A DNA stretch of 64,000 nt, from NCBI GenBank assembly GCA_964606285.1, contig CAZSFP010000001.1, positions 133,376-197,375 on the forward strand, read 5' to 3'. The notes under the pieces were generated by a model, which saw nothing but the letters and a program-made list of their open reading frames with translations, had not been told where the DNA came from and did not search any database. Made by a program: the position numbers and the translations under genes. Positions 29,455 through 39,390 of the stretch are shown piece after piece. How positions within the stretch are numbered: the stretch's first letter is position 1; the number at the start of each line of letters is the position of its first letter. The stretch is from an uncultured Candidatus Saccharibacteria bacterium. GTDB lineage: Bacteria; Patescibacteriota; Minisyncoccia; Phycocordibacterales; UBA9973.

Positions 29455-30018
29455 TTATATTACATACAGTTTTTCTTTGTATGCCATTTTCATCGCAAAT
29501 ATCCAGTAGATAAAACAAAATACTGGAAATACCATATTTTGATCAAGGTATGCAGTTCTTGCAACAGAAAGACCGGTTGTGAGAAAAAATAACACGCACA
29601 TTTGTTTCGTATCGGCATCGATATCCGGCTTAAACAAATCTTTGATGAATGGAATACCTGCAACCGCAATCGCGATGCTTCCCGCCCAAATGATCTGATC
29701 AGCATCCCCGAAATACATAGCAACAAGACAGATGACCACAAGGAAACATGTACCGATTTCAATCCATCCAAATGCCCAGTGTCTTTTCAAAAGAAGTAAT
29801 AATGCGACCGCACCTGTTCCTGCAATAAATATCCAAAGCAGTGTCGCATCCTCACCTTTTTGTATCGTTCCATAGAGTGCGACACCATCGAGAATGAGCC
29901 AGAGAACCCAGGTAACAGCATTCATTTCTTTTCCTTTCCATATAATTCCATAGATAATAATAAGGTATGCAAGCAGCGCAAAAACAATCATTGCGTATTT
30001 CATCAGAGTAACTTCCAT
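29455..30018 (-). CDS. Hypothetical multi-pass membrane protein
   Basis: About 7 hydrophobic segments. Confidence 0.75.
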   Translation of the reverse strand: MEVTLMKYAMIVFALLAYLIIIYGIIWKGKEMNAVTWVLWLILDGVALYGTIQKGEDATLLWIFIAGTGAVALLLLLKRHWAFGWIEIGTCFLVVICLVAMYFGDADQIIWAGSIAIAVAGIPFIKDLFKPDIDADTKQMCVLFFLTTGLSVARTAYLDQNMVFPVFCFIYWIFAMKMAYKEKLYVI

Positions 30019-30130
30019 TTCGTGTAGGTTTTTAGTGAACTGTATTTGAAAGTAATTTACCAACAAAATAACTATTTGTCAATAAAAAAATCCCGCGGTA
30101 TACGCGAGTTTTTTTACCTATTGTTTGATT

Positions 30131-30382
30131 TTATTTTCCAGTTGCAGAATAATCAAAATCTGTTCCATCTCCGTTTCTGGGTGTTCCGTCTGGATTGACA
30201 CCGGCCGATCCCGAGACATCAACACCGGCATTGATACCTGTATTGGTGTTGTTTTGAGAATTCTCCAAATTTTCTGCGATTTGATTTCTACTTGAATACA
30301 ACCACCATCCTCCAAACGCGAGAATAGCGACTATGACGATACCGAGAATAGTATTCAATACTCCGTTATTTTCTGGATTCAT
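30131..30382 (-). CDS. Small single-pass membrane protein
   Basis: N-terminal TM helix and polar tail. Confidence 0.7.
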   Translation of the reverse strand: MNPENNGVLNTILGIVIVAILAFGGWWLYSSRNQIAENLENSQNNTNTGINAGVDVSGSAGVNPDGTPRNGDGTDFDYSATGK

Positions 30383-30394
30383 AAAAGGAAGAAA

Positions 30395-30547
30395 TTATTT
30401 TATAGGATTCTCTCCACGAATCAATCTAATAAGAATCATGACGATTGCAATAATCAAAAGAATGTGAATAAAGCTACCAATAGTAAACACGCCGACGATA
30501 CCCAACAGCCAGAGGATCAAAAGAATAATTGCGATTGTTGTTAACAT
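30395..30547 (-). CDS. lmo0937/DUF5670-family small membrane protein
   Basis: IAIILLILWLLG....IG.FIHILL.IA. Confidence 0.85.
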   Translation of the reverse strand: MLTTIAIILLILWLLGIVGVFTIGSFIHILLIIAIVMILIRLIRGENPIK

Positions 30548-30689
30548 AAATATATAAAAATTAAATATAATAAGACCTATATACAACTAAACGTTTCATC
30601 TCCCCTGTTATGACATAGATATATTACAAAAGAATATATATTAGAAATGTCAATAAAAAATCACCCGAATATAGGGGTGATTTTTTTAC

Positions 30690-31115
30690 TCAGATAATAT
30701 CATTCGCTGATGCGGTTGACTCTCTCTCTGGAGCAAAGTGCAATTCTACATGACAATTAAATTCTTTTCTTATCTTTTCTGCAAAATCTCTGACCAATAT
30801 ATCATCGCTCATTTTTTGATATGACAAATAGATCTCATTGCTTTTAATATTGACATACGCAACAGTTCGCGGAAAATGTCTCCAAAATATAAACCAATAA
30901 AGACGAAATTTTCCTAGTGGTTTTTTCTTTAACTCTTCTGATTTCTGTTCTAATTTTTGAATTTGTTCTTCCGTTTCATATTCAACAGGCGATGAAAATG
31001 AGTCAGAAAATGAAACAGAAAAATTACGAAATTCATCTTTTCCCATTATTTCTTTCAATCTTTCTCTTGTTCTGTATCTCCAATCATCTGTAAAAATGAT
31101 AGCTGTCTGTGTCAT
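30690..31115 (-). CDS. Hypothetical protein (AT-rich ORFan)
   Basis: 141-aa ORF with promoter and terminator. Confidence 0.65.
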   Translation of the reverse strand: MTQTAIIFTDDWRYRTRERLKEIMGKDEFRNFSVSFSDSFSSPVEYETEEQIQKLEQKSEELKKKPLGKFRLYWFIFWRHFPRTVAYVNIKSNEIYLSYQKMSDDILVRDFAEKIRKEFNCHVELHFAPERESTASANDII

Positions 31116-31307
31116 AGTGCTGTTTTTAAGTTTTATAAAACAATATCACAATATGAAATAGAGTCAAATTGATGAATCTCAATAATTTACTTTCCATCAA
31201 AAGTAAATCTCGATCCCCAGCCTCAGTTTTTCTGATTGATATCAGAACATACCTCCGACTTCACCGTGTAGCAAAAAATCCCACGCAGGTGGGATTTTTT
31301 GTCGCGG

Positions 31308-31379
31308 TGACCTCACGGAGAATCGAACTCCGATTAGCGGATTGAGAACCCGCTGTCCTAACCGTTAGACGATGAGGCC
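31308..31379 (-). tRNA. tRNA-Glu (CTC)
   Basis: GGCCTCATCGTCTAACGGTTAGGACAGCGGGTTCTCAATCCGCTAATCGGAGTTCGATTCTCCGTGAGGTCA folds as a cloverleaf; CCA not encoded. Confidence 0.96.
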
Positions 31380-31519
31380 GAACAAAACAATAATACTTTT
31401 ATTAAATATAGGGTTCTCAATGATTGAGGTCACTGATAATTTTCTACTGAAAATTTCATCGACCCCGGCTCGGCTCGTCAGCCTCCGCCCTTGCGAAATG
31501 GGTCCCTACCCCATTTCTC

Positions 31520-31608
31520 ACCCGCTGTCCTACCTGCCTCGACTCGCAAACACGAGACCTTGAAACTAAAGTGAGTCGACGCGAGGCGGGCCGTTAGACG
31601 ATGAGGCC
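31520..31608 (-). pseudogene. Duplicated 5' half of tRNA-Glu interrupted by a 58-nt palindromic insert
   Basis: 31520-31532 and 31591-31608 are identical to 31348-31360 and 31362-31379; insert at 31533-31590. Confidence 0.85.
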
Positions 31609-31750
31609 AGAAACAAACACAAATATATCATTTTTTTACAAAATTCCCAAAGAAAGACATTATTTGGGATTATTTTCCATGTATTGACTTATTGATATAT
31701 TCATTATAATATTCTTTAAAAGAATTATTGTTGCACCTAATACAATTCCA

Positions 31751-32161
31751 ATGAAAAAATCATGGAACTATATTCCTTTTATTTTACTTCTTATAATAAG
31801 CTGTGAAAAAAATGATTCTATTCCCCAGCATATTGAATATTTCTCGATGACATACAGAGTGTATGGTATTGCTGACAAAAATCAACGTATAGAAAGAAAT
31901 ATTAGCTACGGTATCCCACATGGACAATTCCCCATGGAATACCGAGATACTGTTTATGCTGGTGATTTTTCAATAACTATCGACAGTGTTCCGGTTCTTG
32001 GCACCAAAGACCGTCAAATTCCCGTCTATCTTCACTGGGAAACACGAGAACCATCACTCACCGGCATGGAAATTATTTGTGAAGATACGCGTTTTTATAT
32101 GAGCGAGGGTTCATGCCCTATCAATAGAAAAACGTGGAGTAGTTATGTCAAAATAGAATAA
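31751..32161 (+). CDS. Putative lipoprotein
   Basis: Signal peptide with LIIS-C lipobox-like site; TTGACT-17-TATAAT promoter upstream. Confidence 0.6.
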   Translation: MKKSWNYIPFILLLIISCEKNDSIPQHIEYFSMTYRVYGIADKNQRIERNISYGIPHGQFPMEYRDTVYAGDFSITIDSVPVLGTKDRQIPVYLHWETREPSLTGMEIICEDTRFYMSEGSCPINRKTWSSYVKIE

Positions 32162-32202
32162 ACAATAAAATCCCCTTCATCTTTGTTCAGGGGATTTTTA
32201 TT

Positions 32203-33924
32203 TTACCGATCCGGTGGCACGTCATAATAACTGAGGAGGAATTTTGCGGTTGCAAAAAATGGATCAGCGAGGGTTGTTGCTGCAAATGGGGATCCTTTCG
32301 GATTCTCGGCAAAGAAGAAGACGACAAACCGCGGATTACTTGCCGGATAAAATCCAAAGAGTGAATGCATGTTGCGATCATCATAGTATCCCTTGCCATC
32401 TTCACGGGCAACCTGCGCGGTGCCTGTTTTTGCTGCAATACTATAGTGTTCAATCTTTCGTGTACCGTTGTTCATAACATCTGCCACGTGCACCATCATC
32501 TTTTGAATTGTAGCCGCAGTCTCAGGATTTGAAAACACTGACGATTCACTCTTGATCCGCTCTGGTGTCTTGTCTGCGCCATCTGGATACTCGATAGATT
32601 CAACGACATGAGGTGTGACGAGATATCCACCATTTGCGAGTGTAGCAAACGCGCGGACCGCGGCAATCGGTGTCAGTGCGATACCCTGCCCGAATGCTGC
32701 GTTGGCATACTCAACATCACCGTTGGTTTTCAAGTTACTGATGAGCCCCGTCGTCTCACTCGGCAGATCCACACCTGTTTTCTCACCAATCCCATATCGA
32801 AGCATGCCGTCACGGAATTTTTCTTTGCCGAGTCGTTGTTGAGCGAACACCATACCCGTATTAAGAGATTGATCGAGTGCTGTTTGCATTGTCGCAAGAC
32901 CTCGTCCCTTCTTGTCAAAGTTGTTGATGGTTTTGTCTTTGACGACGACGAACCCACGGTCGGTATACGTCGTCTCCGGTGTCACCACACCGGCATCGAG
33001 CGCGAGCGCCATCACCAACGGCTTGATAACGGAACCAAATTCATACACGTGTTCGACAAACGGATTACCGAATTGTTTCGCATTTTTAATCGTAGAAAAA
33101 TCATTTGGATCAAACGGTGGATAGACAGACATCGCGAGAATCGCACCCGTCTGTGGATCCATGACAATAGCCCCCAATTGGTCCGGATGATACTTTTCAT
33201 TGATCGAAGCAAGAGAGCTGTCGAGATACTGTTCAACAGTCGGTTCAATCGTCGTTATGACATCTCCTTCACGAACAGTATTCACAAAGAGTGATCGTGC
33301 GATGTTCGTGAATACTTCGGCAAATGGATTGATATAGAGCGTTTCTGCACGCCGTGCAAGTGTCTCGTTGTATGATCGTTCGATACCGTAGCGACCCGCG
33401 AGATCATTGCCCTTGAATCCGACAAGACCGAGTATATGAGCACCGAGTTCCCCTCCTGGATAGAAACGCCATTTCTGCCGGATGACTTGGACACCTGCAA
33501 TTTTGAGTTCTGAAATCGCTGCTGCTTGTTCTTCGGTCAAACGATCTGGAAAATCAGCATACGTATCGGTCGTATCAGCCGTTCGAGACATGAACAATTC
33601 TTGTTCAACCGGCACAATACCGGCGATCAATGCATATGCAGCAGCGCGATCTTTGATGCGCGATGGATTTACTGTGAGCTTGTATCCGGACACAATACTC
33701 GCTGCCGCAATATGCGTGCCATCTTTCTTTTGAAAATAAATAATACCGCGATCAAAGACACCTTCACTCGCAGACACATAGCGACGATCCGTTTCTTCTT
33801 TATATTCTTCACTATGAATGACCTGCACAAAAAAAAGCCGCACCACACAGATAAGTGCAATGAGGATGACACCGAGAGAGAGCAGTCTGATGCGAAGTGG
33901 CGCGTTGGTATTAGCGGTTGTCAT
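32203..33924 (-). CDS. ftsI: Class B penicillin-binding protein (FtsI/PBP3)
   Basis: SVIK (SxxK), SLN, KTGT; follows mraZ-rsmH-ftsL. Confidence 0.9.
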   Translation of the reverse strand: MTTANTNAPLRIRLLSLGVILIALICVVRLFFVQVIHSEEYKEETDRRYVSASEGVFDRGIIYFQKKDGTHIAAASIVSGYKLTVNPSRIKDRAAAYALIAGIVPVEQELFMSRTADTTDTYADFPDRLTEEQAAAISELKIAGVQVIRQKWRFYPGGELGAHILGLVGFKGNDLAGRYGIERSYNETLARRAETLYINPFAEVFTNIARSLFVNTVREGDVITTIEPTVEQYLDSSLASINEKYHPDQLGAIVMDPQTGAILAMSVYPPFDPNDFSTIKNAKQFGNPFVEHVYEFGSVIKPLVMALALDAGVVTPETTYTDRGFVVVKDKTINNFDKKGRGLATMQTALDQSLNTGMVFAQQRLGKEKFRDGMLRYGIGEKTGVDLPSETTGLISNLKTNGDVEYANAAFGQGIALTPIAAVRAFATLANGGYLVTPHVVESIEYPDGADKTPERIKSESSVFSNPETAATIQKMMVHVADVMNNGTRKIEHYSIAAKTGTAQVAREDGKGYYDDRNMHSLFGFYPASNPRFVVFFFAENPKGSPFAATTLADPFFATAKFLLSYYDVPPDR

Positions 33925-34258
33925 ATGACAACAGTATACGATGTGAAGCACTTGCAAGTCCACTCACACGGGAGACAAATGATACACTTTTTGGATCAGA
34001 GAATGATGCGCGAGCAGTCGCATCGTTTTCCAATGCATTGATACCTTCAAAATATTCGGCATTTGCGAGTGCAATGCGAGATTGGATCTTCAACACATTT
34101 TCTGTGATACCTTTTGTGGACACGATAACAAACGTCGTCTTCGTCACAAGTCCGACATATACCGCAAAGAGAACGACTGCTGTTACACCAAAGACGCGGT
34201 ACAAAATCTTTGTACTGGTGAGTGCTGCTATGTGGTTTTGGATATAGTGTTGTGTCAT
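33911..34258 (-). CDS. FtsL-like bitopic protein
   Basis: TM helix plus coiled coil, located between rsmH and ftsI. Confidence 0.6.
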   Translation of the reverse strand: MTQHYIQNHIAALTSTKILYRVFGVTAVVLFAVYVGLVTKTTFVIVSTKGITENVLKIQSRIALANAEYFEGINALENDATARASFSDPKSVSFVSRVSGLASASHRILLSYDNR

Positions 34259-35139
34259 AGTTTTTTTATTATTCGTAATTTAGCACTTCGTGACCGGGGA
34301 TTTTTTTCTATTTCATCATCTGTCGGTACAATCGGCTTTTTTGTAATAACCTGTCCCCGACCTTCTTCTTTGAACGTATTGAAATAATTCTTGACGATGC
34401 GGTCTTCGAGACTATGGAACGAGATGATCATCATCTGTCCGCCGGGAGCTAAAAGTTCAAACAGTGACGTAATACCTTCTCGAAGTGCACCAAGCTCGTC
34501 ATTGACTGCGATGCGGATCGCTTGAAAAATCTTTGTTGCCGGATGAATTCGTCCGAACCGCGCAAAGACTGGTACGGCATTCTTTGCAATCTCGGCAAGC
34601 ATCGTCGTTGTAGTGATCGGTGCAGTTGCCCGTGCGTCGACAATTGCCACCGCGATACGTTTTGCAAATCGTTCTTCACCATAGTTTTGAAAGATCGTGA
34701 CCAAATTTTCTTCTTCCCAACCATTGACGACATCGTATGCTGTCATTGCATCACCAGCCTCCGCCGTGAGTGTCATCTGCAATGGCTCCTCTTGGCGAAA
34801 TGAAAATCCGCGTTTGTCCGTATCAAACTGAAACGAACTGAGACCAAGATCAAGGAGAATCAGGTCAGGTCGTGGCAATGACCGCTCAGCAAAGATACTG
34901 CTCGCCTGGCGGAAATTTGAGACAAAGAGCGTTGCTTGGCAACCAGCATCCCGAAGGACTGCTTCTGCTCGGGCAATCGCCGTCTGGTCCGCATCACAGC
35001 CGATGACCGTGATCGGTGCGTATCGTTCGTACATCGCTTTCGCGTGTCCACCGCCACCCATTGTTCCGTCAAAATAGACTGAACCAGGAGCAAGGTTTGC
35101 GTGATCAACTATCTCGTGTAAAAGGACTGAAATGTGCAT
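34255..35139 (-). CDS. rsmH: 16S rRNA m4C1402 methyltransferase RsmH
   Basis: HISVLL, DLGLSS, RGFSF, ISFHSLEDR, NPRSRSAKLR. Confidence 0.98.
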   Translation of the reverse strand: MHISVLLHEIVDHANLAPGSVYFDGTMGGGGHAKAMYERYAPITVIGCDADQTAIARAEAVLRDAGCQATLFVSNFRQASSIFAERSLPRPDLILLDLGLSSFQFDTDKRGFSFRQEEPLQMTLTAEAGDAMTAYDVVNGWEEENLVTIFQNYGEERFAKRIAVAIVDARATAPITTTTMLAEIAKNAVPVFARFGRIHPATKIFQAIRIAVNDELGALREGITSLFELLAPGGQMMIISFHSLEDRIVKNYFNTFKEEGRGQVITKKPIVPTDDEIEKNPRSRSAKLRIIKKL

Positions 35140-35576
35140 CAGAGTATGCCGACGTGGCTCAATTTTTCCGCAAGCTGATCTGCTTGGCCATCAACAGCAG
35201 CTTTGTAGGTCTGCCATGTTGCATCGTGCCAAATCTCTGCTCGCGTCTGCATGCCCACGAGCGCAACTTTCTCCCCGATTATCCCTGCGTACGTTTTTAA
35301 AAAGTCAGGGAGAAGAATGCGCCCACTGGCATCGACATCGACTTCTGTCGCACTGCCGAACATGAATCGGTTGAAACTACGGTTATCTGCGGAGAGAAGC
35401 GAATGCTCTCCGAGTCGGCCCGCAATGTCTCTCCACTGGTCGATTGTGAAGACAAAGATACAGCGATCGAGACCGCGTGTGAGTACCAATTTCTTTCCCA
35501 ATTCCTTGCGGAATTTTACCGGGAGAGAAAGGCGGTTCTTTTCATCAACTGTATGGATATATTCGCCGATTAACAT
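35139..35576 (-). CDS. mraZ: Division/cell-wall cluster repressor MraZ
   Basis: GEY.HTVDEKNRLSLP..FR, DASGRILLP, EIW. Confidence 0.97.
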   Translation of the reverse strand: MLIGEYIHTVDEKNRLSLPVKFRKELGKKLVLTRGLDRCIFVFTIDQWRDIAGRLGEHSLLSADNRSFNRFMFGSATEVDVDASGRILLPDFLKTYAGIIGEKVALVGMQTRAEIWHDATWQTYKAAVDGQADQLAEKLSHVGIL

Positions 35577-35600
35577 GGTCGTATGAGATGAAAAATTATT

Positions 35601-35637
35601 CCCCACTTCATCCCACTATCTGACATTATAAACCACT
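35601..35637 (-). promoter_or_regulatory. MraZ operator (GTGG repeats at 10-nt period)
   Basis: CCAC at 35603, 35613 and 35633, flanking the -10 element; a DnaA-box-like TGTGGATAA lies at 35671-35679. Confidence 0.7.
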
Positions 35638-35747
35638 TAGTTCCCTTTTCAAAAGGAAAATAAAGGTTTTTGTGGATAAGTAGTTGCTTGCACAAAATAC
35701 AAAACTAGTATATAGTCTTGTCAAATCATTCATTAATTATTAAAACC

Positions 35748-35957
35748 ATGAACAACAGGCCAAGCGTGACCCAAAACCTTAATTTTGGATCAAATAACAA
35801 CTATTGGCGCTTTGACTATCAAAGCGCTTTAGAAAAAGGAACACTGGAAAACAACCGCGAAGAAATAAAGAAAATTCTCAATCCCCCTGGCCATGATCGC
35901 TCAAAAATATACGAAAAAGATCTAACTCATGGCAAACCGTATTTTGCTTGCGAATAA
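35748..35957 (+). CDS. Small hypothetical protein
   Basis: 69-aa ORF from ATG 35748, with promoter and terminator. Confidence 0.5.
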   Translation: MNNRPSVTQNLNFGSNNNYWRFDYQSALEKGTLENNREEIKKILNPPGHDRSKIYEKDLTHGKPYFACE

Positions 35958-36081
35958 TCTTGTCCGCGGCTGCGGCAAAAATCCCCGATCACATCACGGG
36001 GATTTTTTATTGGAATAGTATAGGAATCTTGATTTTTTTAAATTTTACTGTATAGTACGGAAAACTTAAAAAAACAATACC

Positions 36082-36972
36082 ATGCCTGTATTAGAAAAAG
36101 AATTAACAGAGAAACGCATTGTTGCGTCTATTGAATTTGGTAAAAAAATTAAAGATTTAGCAAAATTAGATTTTGCAAACTTTGTCATAGGATTGAAAAA
36201 TCTTATAAAAGACATTGAAAAAAATCCTGATTTTACACCCGAAGTTGTATTTGTTCATCATGCACCAAAATACTACGGACACCCTCCATTAGTTGAAAAA
36301 ATACATTCCATTCCAAAACTAGCAGCACGCGCGTTCATCGCATCATGGAAAGAAAACGAAACAACGGAACAAGCTCAAATACTATTGGCCGGACTCATTG
36401 AATTCAAAAAACAATGCGACTGCATAACAGAAAAAATCGGGAAAAAAGTTTGGTCCTCTATCAGTCCAGACGATCGTTTTATCTGTTTTGAAAAAACAAC
36501 AGATGAATATTCACTGTTTTTAAAATTCATTGAATCCCTCACCGCAAAAGAAATAACTGCACTCATTGCGGTGTATCCTTTTTCAAACACGACATGGATT
36601 CAAAAAGAAATTGTAAATGTCATTCTTTCTGAAAAAATTCAGAACATAAAATCGAAGATAAAAAATCATTTTCAAAAGATTAATGCAAAAAATGCAATCA
36701 ATAGTATTGCAAATGATAAACCGTATCAGTTAAAAGAAATGCTTCCTGTACCATTCACAAAAGAAGAACTCTACGCATTTGTCACAGAAGGACCAAGGTT
36801 TGAACACATAGATATGGTCAGTTTAGAAATATTGGTCAGCAAAACACGATCAGTAACACTTGCCAAAGCATTACTAAAAAGAGAGCGATTTTTAGACTCA
36901 TACGAAGCATTCCTGCTTTCTGTAAAAATGAGTTTATTGAGAGAAGAAAAAAAGAAAAAAATACTGTCATAA
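36082..36972 (+). CDS. Hypothetical protein (AT-rich ORFan)
   Basis: 296-aa ORF; terminator at ~36977-37005. Confidence 0.75.
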   Translation: MPVLEKELTEKRIVASIEFGKKIKDLAKLDFANFVIGLKNLIKDIEKNPDFTPEVVFVHHAPKYYGHPPLVEKIHSIPKLAARAFIASWKENETTEQAQILLAGLIEFKKQCDCITEKIGKKVWSSISPDDRFICFEKTTDEYSLFLKFIESLTAKEITALIAVYPFSNTTWIQKEIVNVILSEKIQNIKSKIKNHFQKINAKNAINSIANDKPYQLKEMLPVPFTKEELYAFVTEGPRFEHIDMVSLEILVSKTRSVTLAKALLKRERFLDSYEAFLLSVKMSLLREEKKKKILS

Positions 36973-37014
36973 CAGCAAAAAATCCCCGAATATCGGGGAT
37001 TTTTTATTTGTACT

Positions 37015-37446
37015 TTATATATTTCTTGATTTTAGTCCTATATATCCGAGAAGTACCGCATAGATGATATGTTCATCAACAAACGGATTGTTTGCAGGCC
37101 ACAAAAGTGCCAAATACATGAGGATCATCAACAGTATCCCAGCAATACTTCCCCATTGCACAAAACGATTCACGAGCAATGTCACACCGACAAACAAAAG
37201 TCCGAACATGAACAACCAATCAACCAACAGAACTCCGGAAAGACTGTTAAAAAATGACATGAGGGGTCCTTGTGCCGCATGAGCAAGGAATCCTGATGTC
37301 GGCGAACCGCCATTGATCCACGCATTTGCAGAGGTTGTCGCAATCCCGAAACCAAACAACTTATCCAAAAATGCCCACAAAAATATAAAACCCATGAGCA
37401 AACGCAGTGTTGTCACAGAAAACAACTTTTCAAAAATGTTTTTCAT
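37015..37446 (-). CDS. DoxX-family membrane protein
   Basis: LRLLMGFIFLWAFLDKLFG, W..GGSPT.GFL, NNPFVDEHIIY. Confidence 0.88.
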   Translation of the reverse strand: MKNIFEKLFSVTTLRLLMGFIFLWAFLDKLFGFGIATTSANAWINGGSPTSGFLAHAAQGPLMSFFNSLSGVLLVDWLFMFGLLFVGVTLLVNRFVQWGSIAGILLMILMYLALLWPANNPFVDEHIIYAVLLGYIGLKSRNI

Positions 37447-37504
37447 AATTCCATCATATACCCGTTCCCTGTTTTCTACTTGTGGATATTTTACATCTCC
37501 TAGA

Positions 37505-37542
37505 AAAACAGATTCCGCACTTGAAAGTGCGGAATCTGTTTT
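37505..37542. terminator. Strong intrinsic terminator
   Basis: AAAACAGATTCCGCACT-tgaa-AGTGCGGAATCTGTTTT. Confidence 0.85.
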
Positions 37543-37554
37543 GTTAGTAAAAAA

Positions 37555-38127
37555 TTATTTCTTTTTTGCTTTTCCTTTCTTTTCTGTGGTCTTTTTTACT
37601 GGAGATTTCTTTGCTGGAACTTTACTGACAGGAGCCGCTGCTGGTTTTTTCTTTATTTCTTCTTTTACTTTTTCTGGCACAAAAGAAGTTTTTGGTGCAG
37701 GATTTGATTCTTGTCGAGCACGGGTGAGTTTTTCAATTGATTCAATCAGGCGATCAAGCTTGATATTGATATCACGCAATTGTTTCTTTGTTTCTTCATG
37801 TGGTGGCACAAGGTGTCCGAAATCACGATGTGGCGACGGACGATCATTGAAATCCCGTTTTGGTCCACGGTTGCCGAAATCTGGACGTGGTCCTCGGTCT
37901 CCTCCTTCTTTTTTCGCACCAAAACAGTTGTTGCAATACACCGGTTTGTCACCAGACGGACGAAACGGCACTTCACAGCTTTTGCCACATTCACCACACA
38001 CCGCTTTATGCATGACTGTTTCTCTGTCACCGCCTCGGTCATTGTTCCATGGTTTCTTTTGAAAACCTGGACGTCCTCCGCCAAAACCACCCTTGAACCC
38101 TCCTCCCCCTCGGTTAAAATTTCCCAT
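37555..38127 (-). CDS. CxxC-x17-CxxC zinc-ribbon protein with RGG-rich N-terminus
   Basis: MHKAVCGECGKSCEVPFRPSGDKPVYCNNCF. Confidence 0.88.
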   Translation of the reverse strand: MGNFNRGGGGFKGGFGGGRPGFQKKPWNNDRGGDRETVMHKAVCGECGKSCEVPFRPSGDKPVYCNNCFGAKKEGGDRGPRPDFGNRGPKRDFNDRPSPHRDFGHLVPPHEETKKQLRDINIKLDRLIESIEKLTRARQESNPAPKTSFVPEKVKEEIKKKPAAAPVSKVPAKKSPVKKTTEKKGKAKKK

Positions 38128-38334
38128 AGATATATTGTTTATGATTATGCTCCGATACTACGCTGTTTGAGACTAAAAAGCAACGAATCACACCGACAAC
38201 AATCACATTGATATTTTGTCTCCTTAAAAAAATAAATTGTTTTTATGGAACATATATGGTACCGTTACGATTGTAGCAGTTGGTGTAGTCGATTGGCTGT
38301 CTATATGTTTTGATATTCACTAACGATACACACT

Positions 38335-38478
38335 ATGGACGACACAACAAAATGCGCAGTATGCGGTAACAACCCATGTACTTGCCCAGTAGCACCAGCA
38401 GAAGAAATTTCAACTCCAGAAACTGTAACAGAAGCTCCTGTTGCAGAAACTCCGGTCGAAGAATCAGCAGCTCAATAA
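38335..38478 (+). CDS. Small Cys-motif acidic protein (47 aa)
   Basis: MDDTTKCAVCGNNPCTCPVAPAEEISTPETVTEAPVAETPVEESAAQ; followed by a terminator. Confidence 0.6.
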   Translation: MDDTTKCAVCGNNPCTCPVAPAEEISTPETVTEAPVAETPVEESAAQ

Positions 38479-38533
38479 ATATATTGATAAAAAATAACCC
38501 TCTCGAGGGTTATTTTTTATATATTTGTAAAAA

Positions 38534-38818
38534 TTATTTTATGTTGAACGCAACACTGACGCCATCACCTTCCCAAATATCTTCCTTTTTGCGAACTTGT
38601 GTTTTTATGGACAACAGATATGCACCTGATTGCTTGTGCGGAAACAGAGATGTTTCCCATGTGACCGCACCAATAGTTGCTAAAATTTTCACAAATCCCT
38701 TGGGGTATGCTTTTCGAATATTTTCTGAAATCTCTTTTGGTACATTCACAAAATACCAACCCATGTCTCCCGGCCATCGCCATACTTTTGCTTTAAATAC
38801 AAAATTCTTTTTCTTCAT
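38534..38818 (-). CDS. DUF1905 domain protein
   Basis: W.FV.VP, GFVKI.ATIG..TWETSLFP, YLL.IK..VRK.E. Confidence 0.85.
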   Translation of the reverse strand: MKKKNFVFKAKVWRWPGDMGWYFVNVPKEISENIRKAYPKGFVKILATIGAVTWETSLFPHKQSGAYLLSIKTQVRKKEDIWEGDGVSVAFNIK

Positions 38819-38824
38819 ATGAAT

Positions 38825-39091
38825 TTATCTCAAAAAAACCTCAAGCGCTCCTTCACCACCATTATTGATCTTTGACTGATTGTATCTGACACCGTGCGAG
38901 TGCAAGTACGACCGGACAAAATCCGGGAGTACTGCACCACCAACACTGTGCCTACCTTTACCGACAATAATCCGAACAATGACATATTTCTTTTCTTTCA
39001 ACAAAGCATCCAAAATTTCTTTCGATTCTGCAGTCGTATACCCATGCAAATCTATTTCGATCTCCGCTTTTTGTTCGTATTTGTTTACCAT
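38825..39091 (-). CDS. Stand-alone Smr domain protein
   Basis: IDLHG, IIVGKGRHS, GGEGAL.V. Confidence 0.92.
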   Translation of the reverse strand: MVNKYEQKAEIEIDLHGYTTAESKEILDALLKEKKYVIVRIIVGKGRHSVGGAVLPDFVRSYLHSHGVRYNQSKINNGGEGALEVFLR

Positions 39092-39102
39092 GACCGTATA
39101 AA

Positions 39103-39336
39103 TTATTTTTCTCCTGTATCATTTTCCAAAACAGTATCAATATAGAGTTCTTCTACTTTTGTCCGCGCCCACGGCGTTCGACGAAGAAATGTCAAACTAG
39201 ACGTGATACTCGGATTACTCAAAAAGCAATTGATCCGTATGCGGTTTCCCAATTCTTCAAATCCATACTGATCAACAAGATATGTCAGTATCATTTCGAG
39301 TGTTTTTCCTTGTAGAACATTTCGCGGATTGGCCAT
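39103..39336 (-). CDS. VF530/DUF2132 DNA-binding protein
   Basis: L.G.TLE.IL..LV..YG.EEL, CF..NPSI.SSL.FLRRTPWAR.KVE.LY. Confidence 0.9.
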   Translation of the reverse strand: MANPRNVLQGKTLEMILTYLVDQYGFEELGNRIRINCFLSNPSITSSLTFLRRTPWARTKVEELYIDTVLENDTGEK

Positions 39337-39351
39337 AATAAATAATGTTAT

Positions 39352-39390
39352 ATAATAACATTCTCACATTCTTGAGAATGTTGGAATATT
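39352..39390. repeat. ACATTC-based palindrome (copy 1)
   Basis: ATAATAACATTCTCACATTCTTGAGAATGTTGGAATATT, at the stop codon of the ArsR-like gene. Confidence 0.88.

Noticed and set aside
16239-35679. DnaA boxes (TGTGGATAA at 16239 and 35671) as oriC
   Set aside because: Isolated single boxes, no cluster, and no dnaA nearby.
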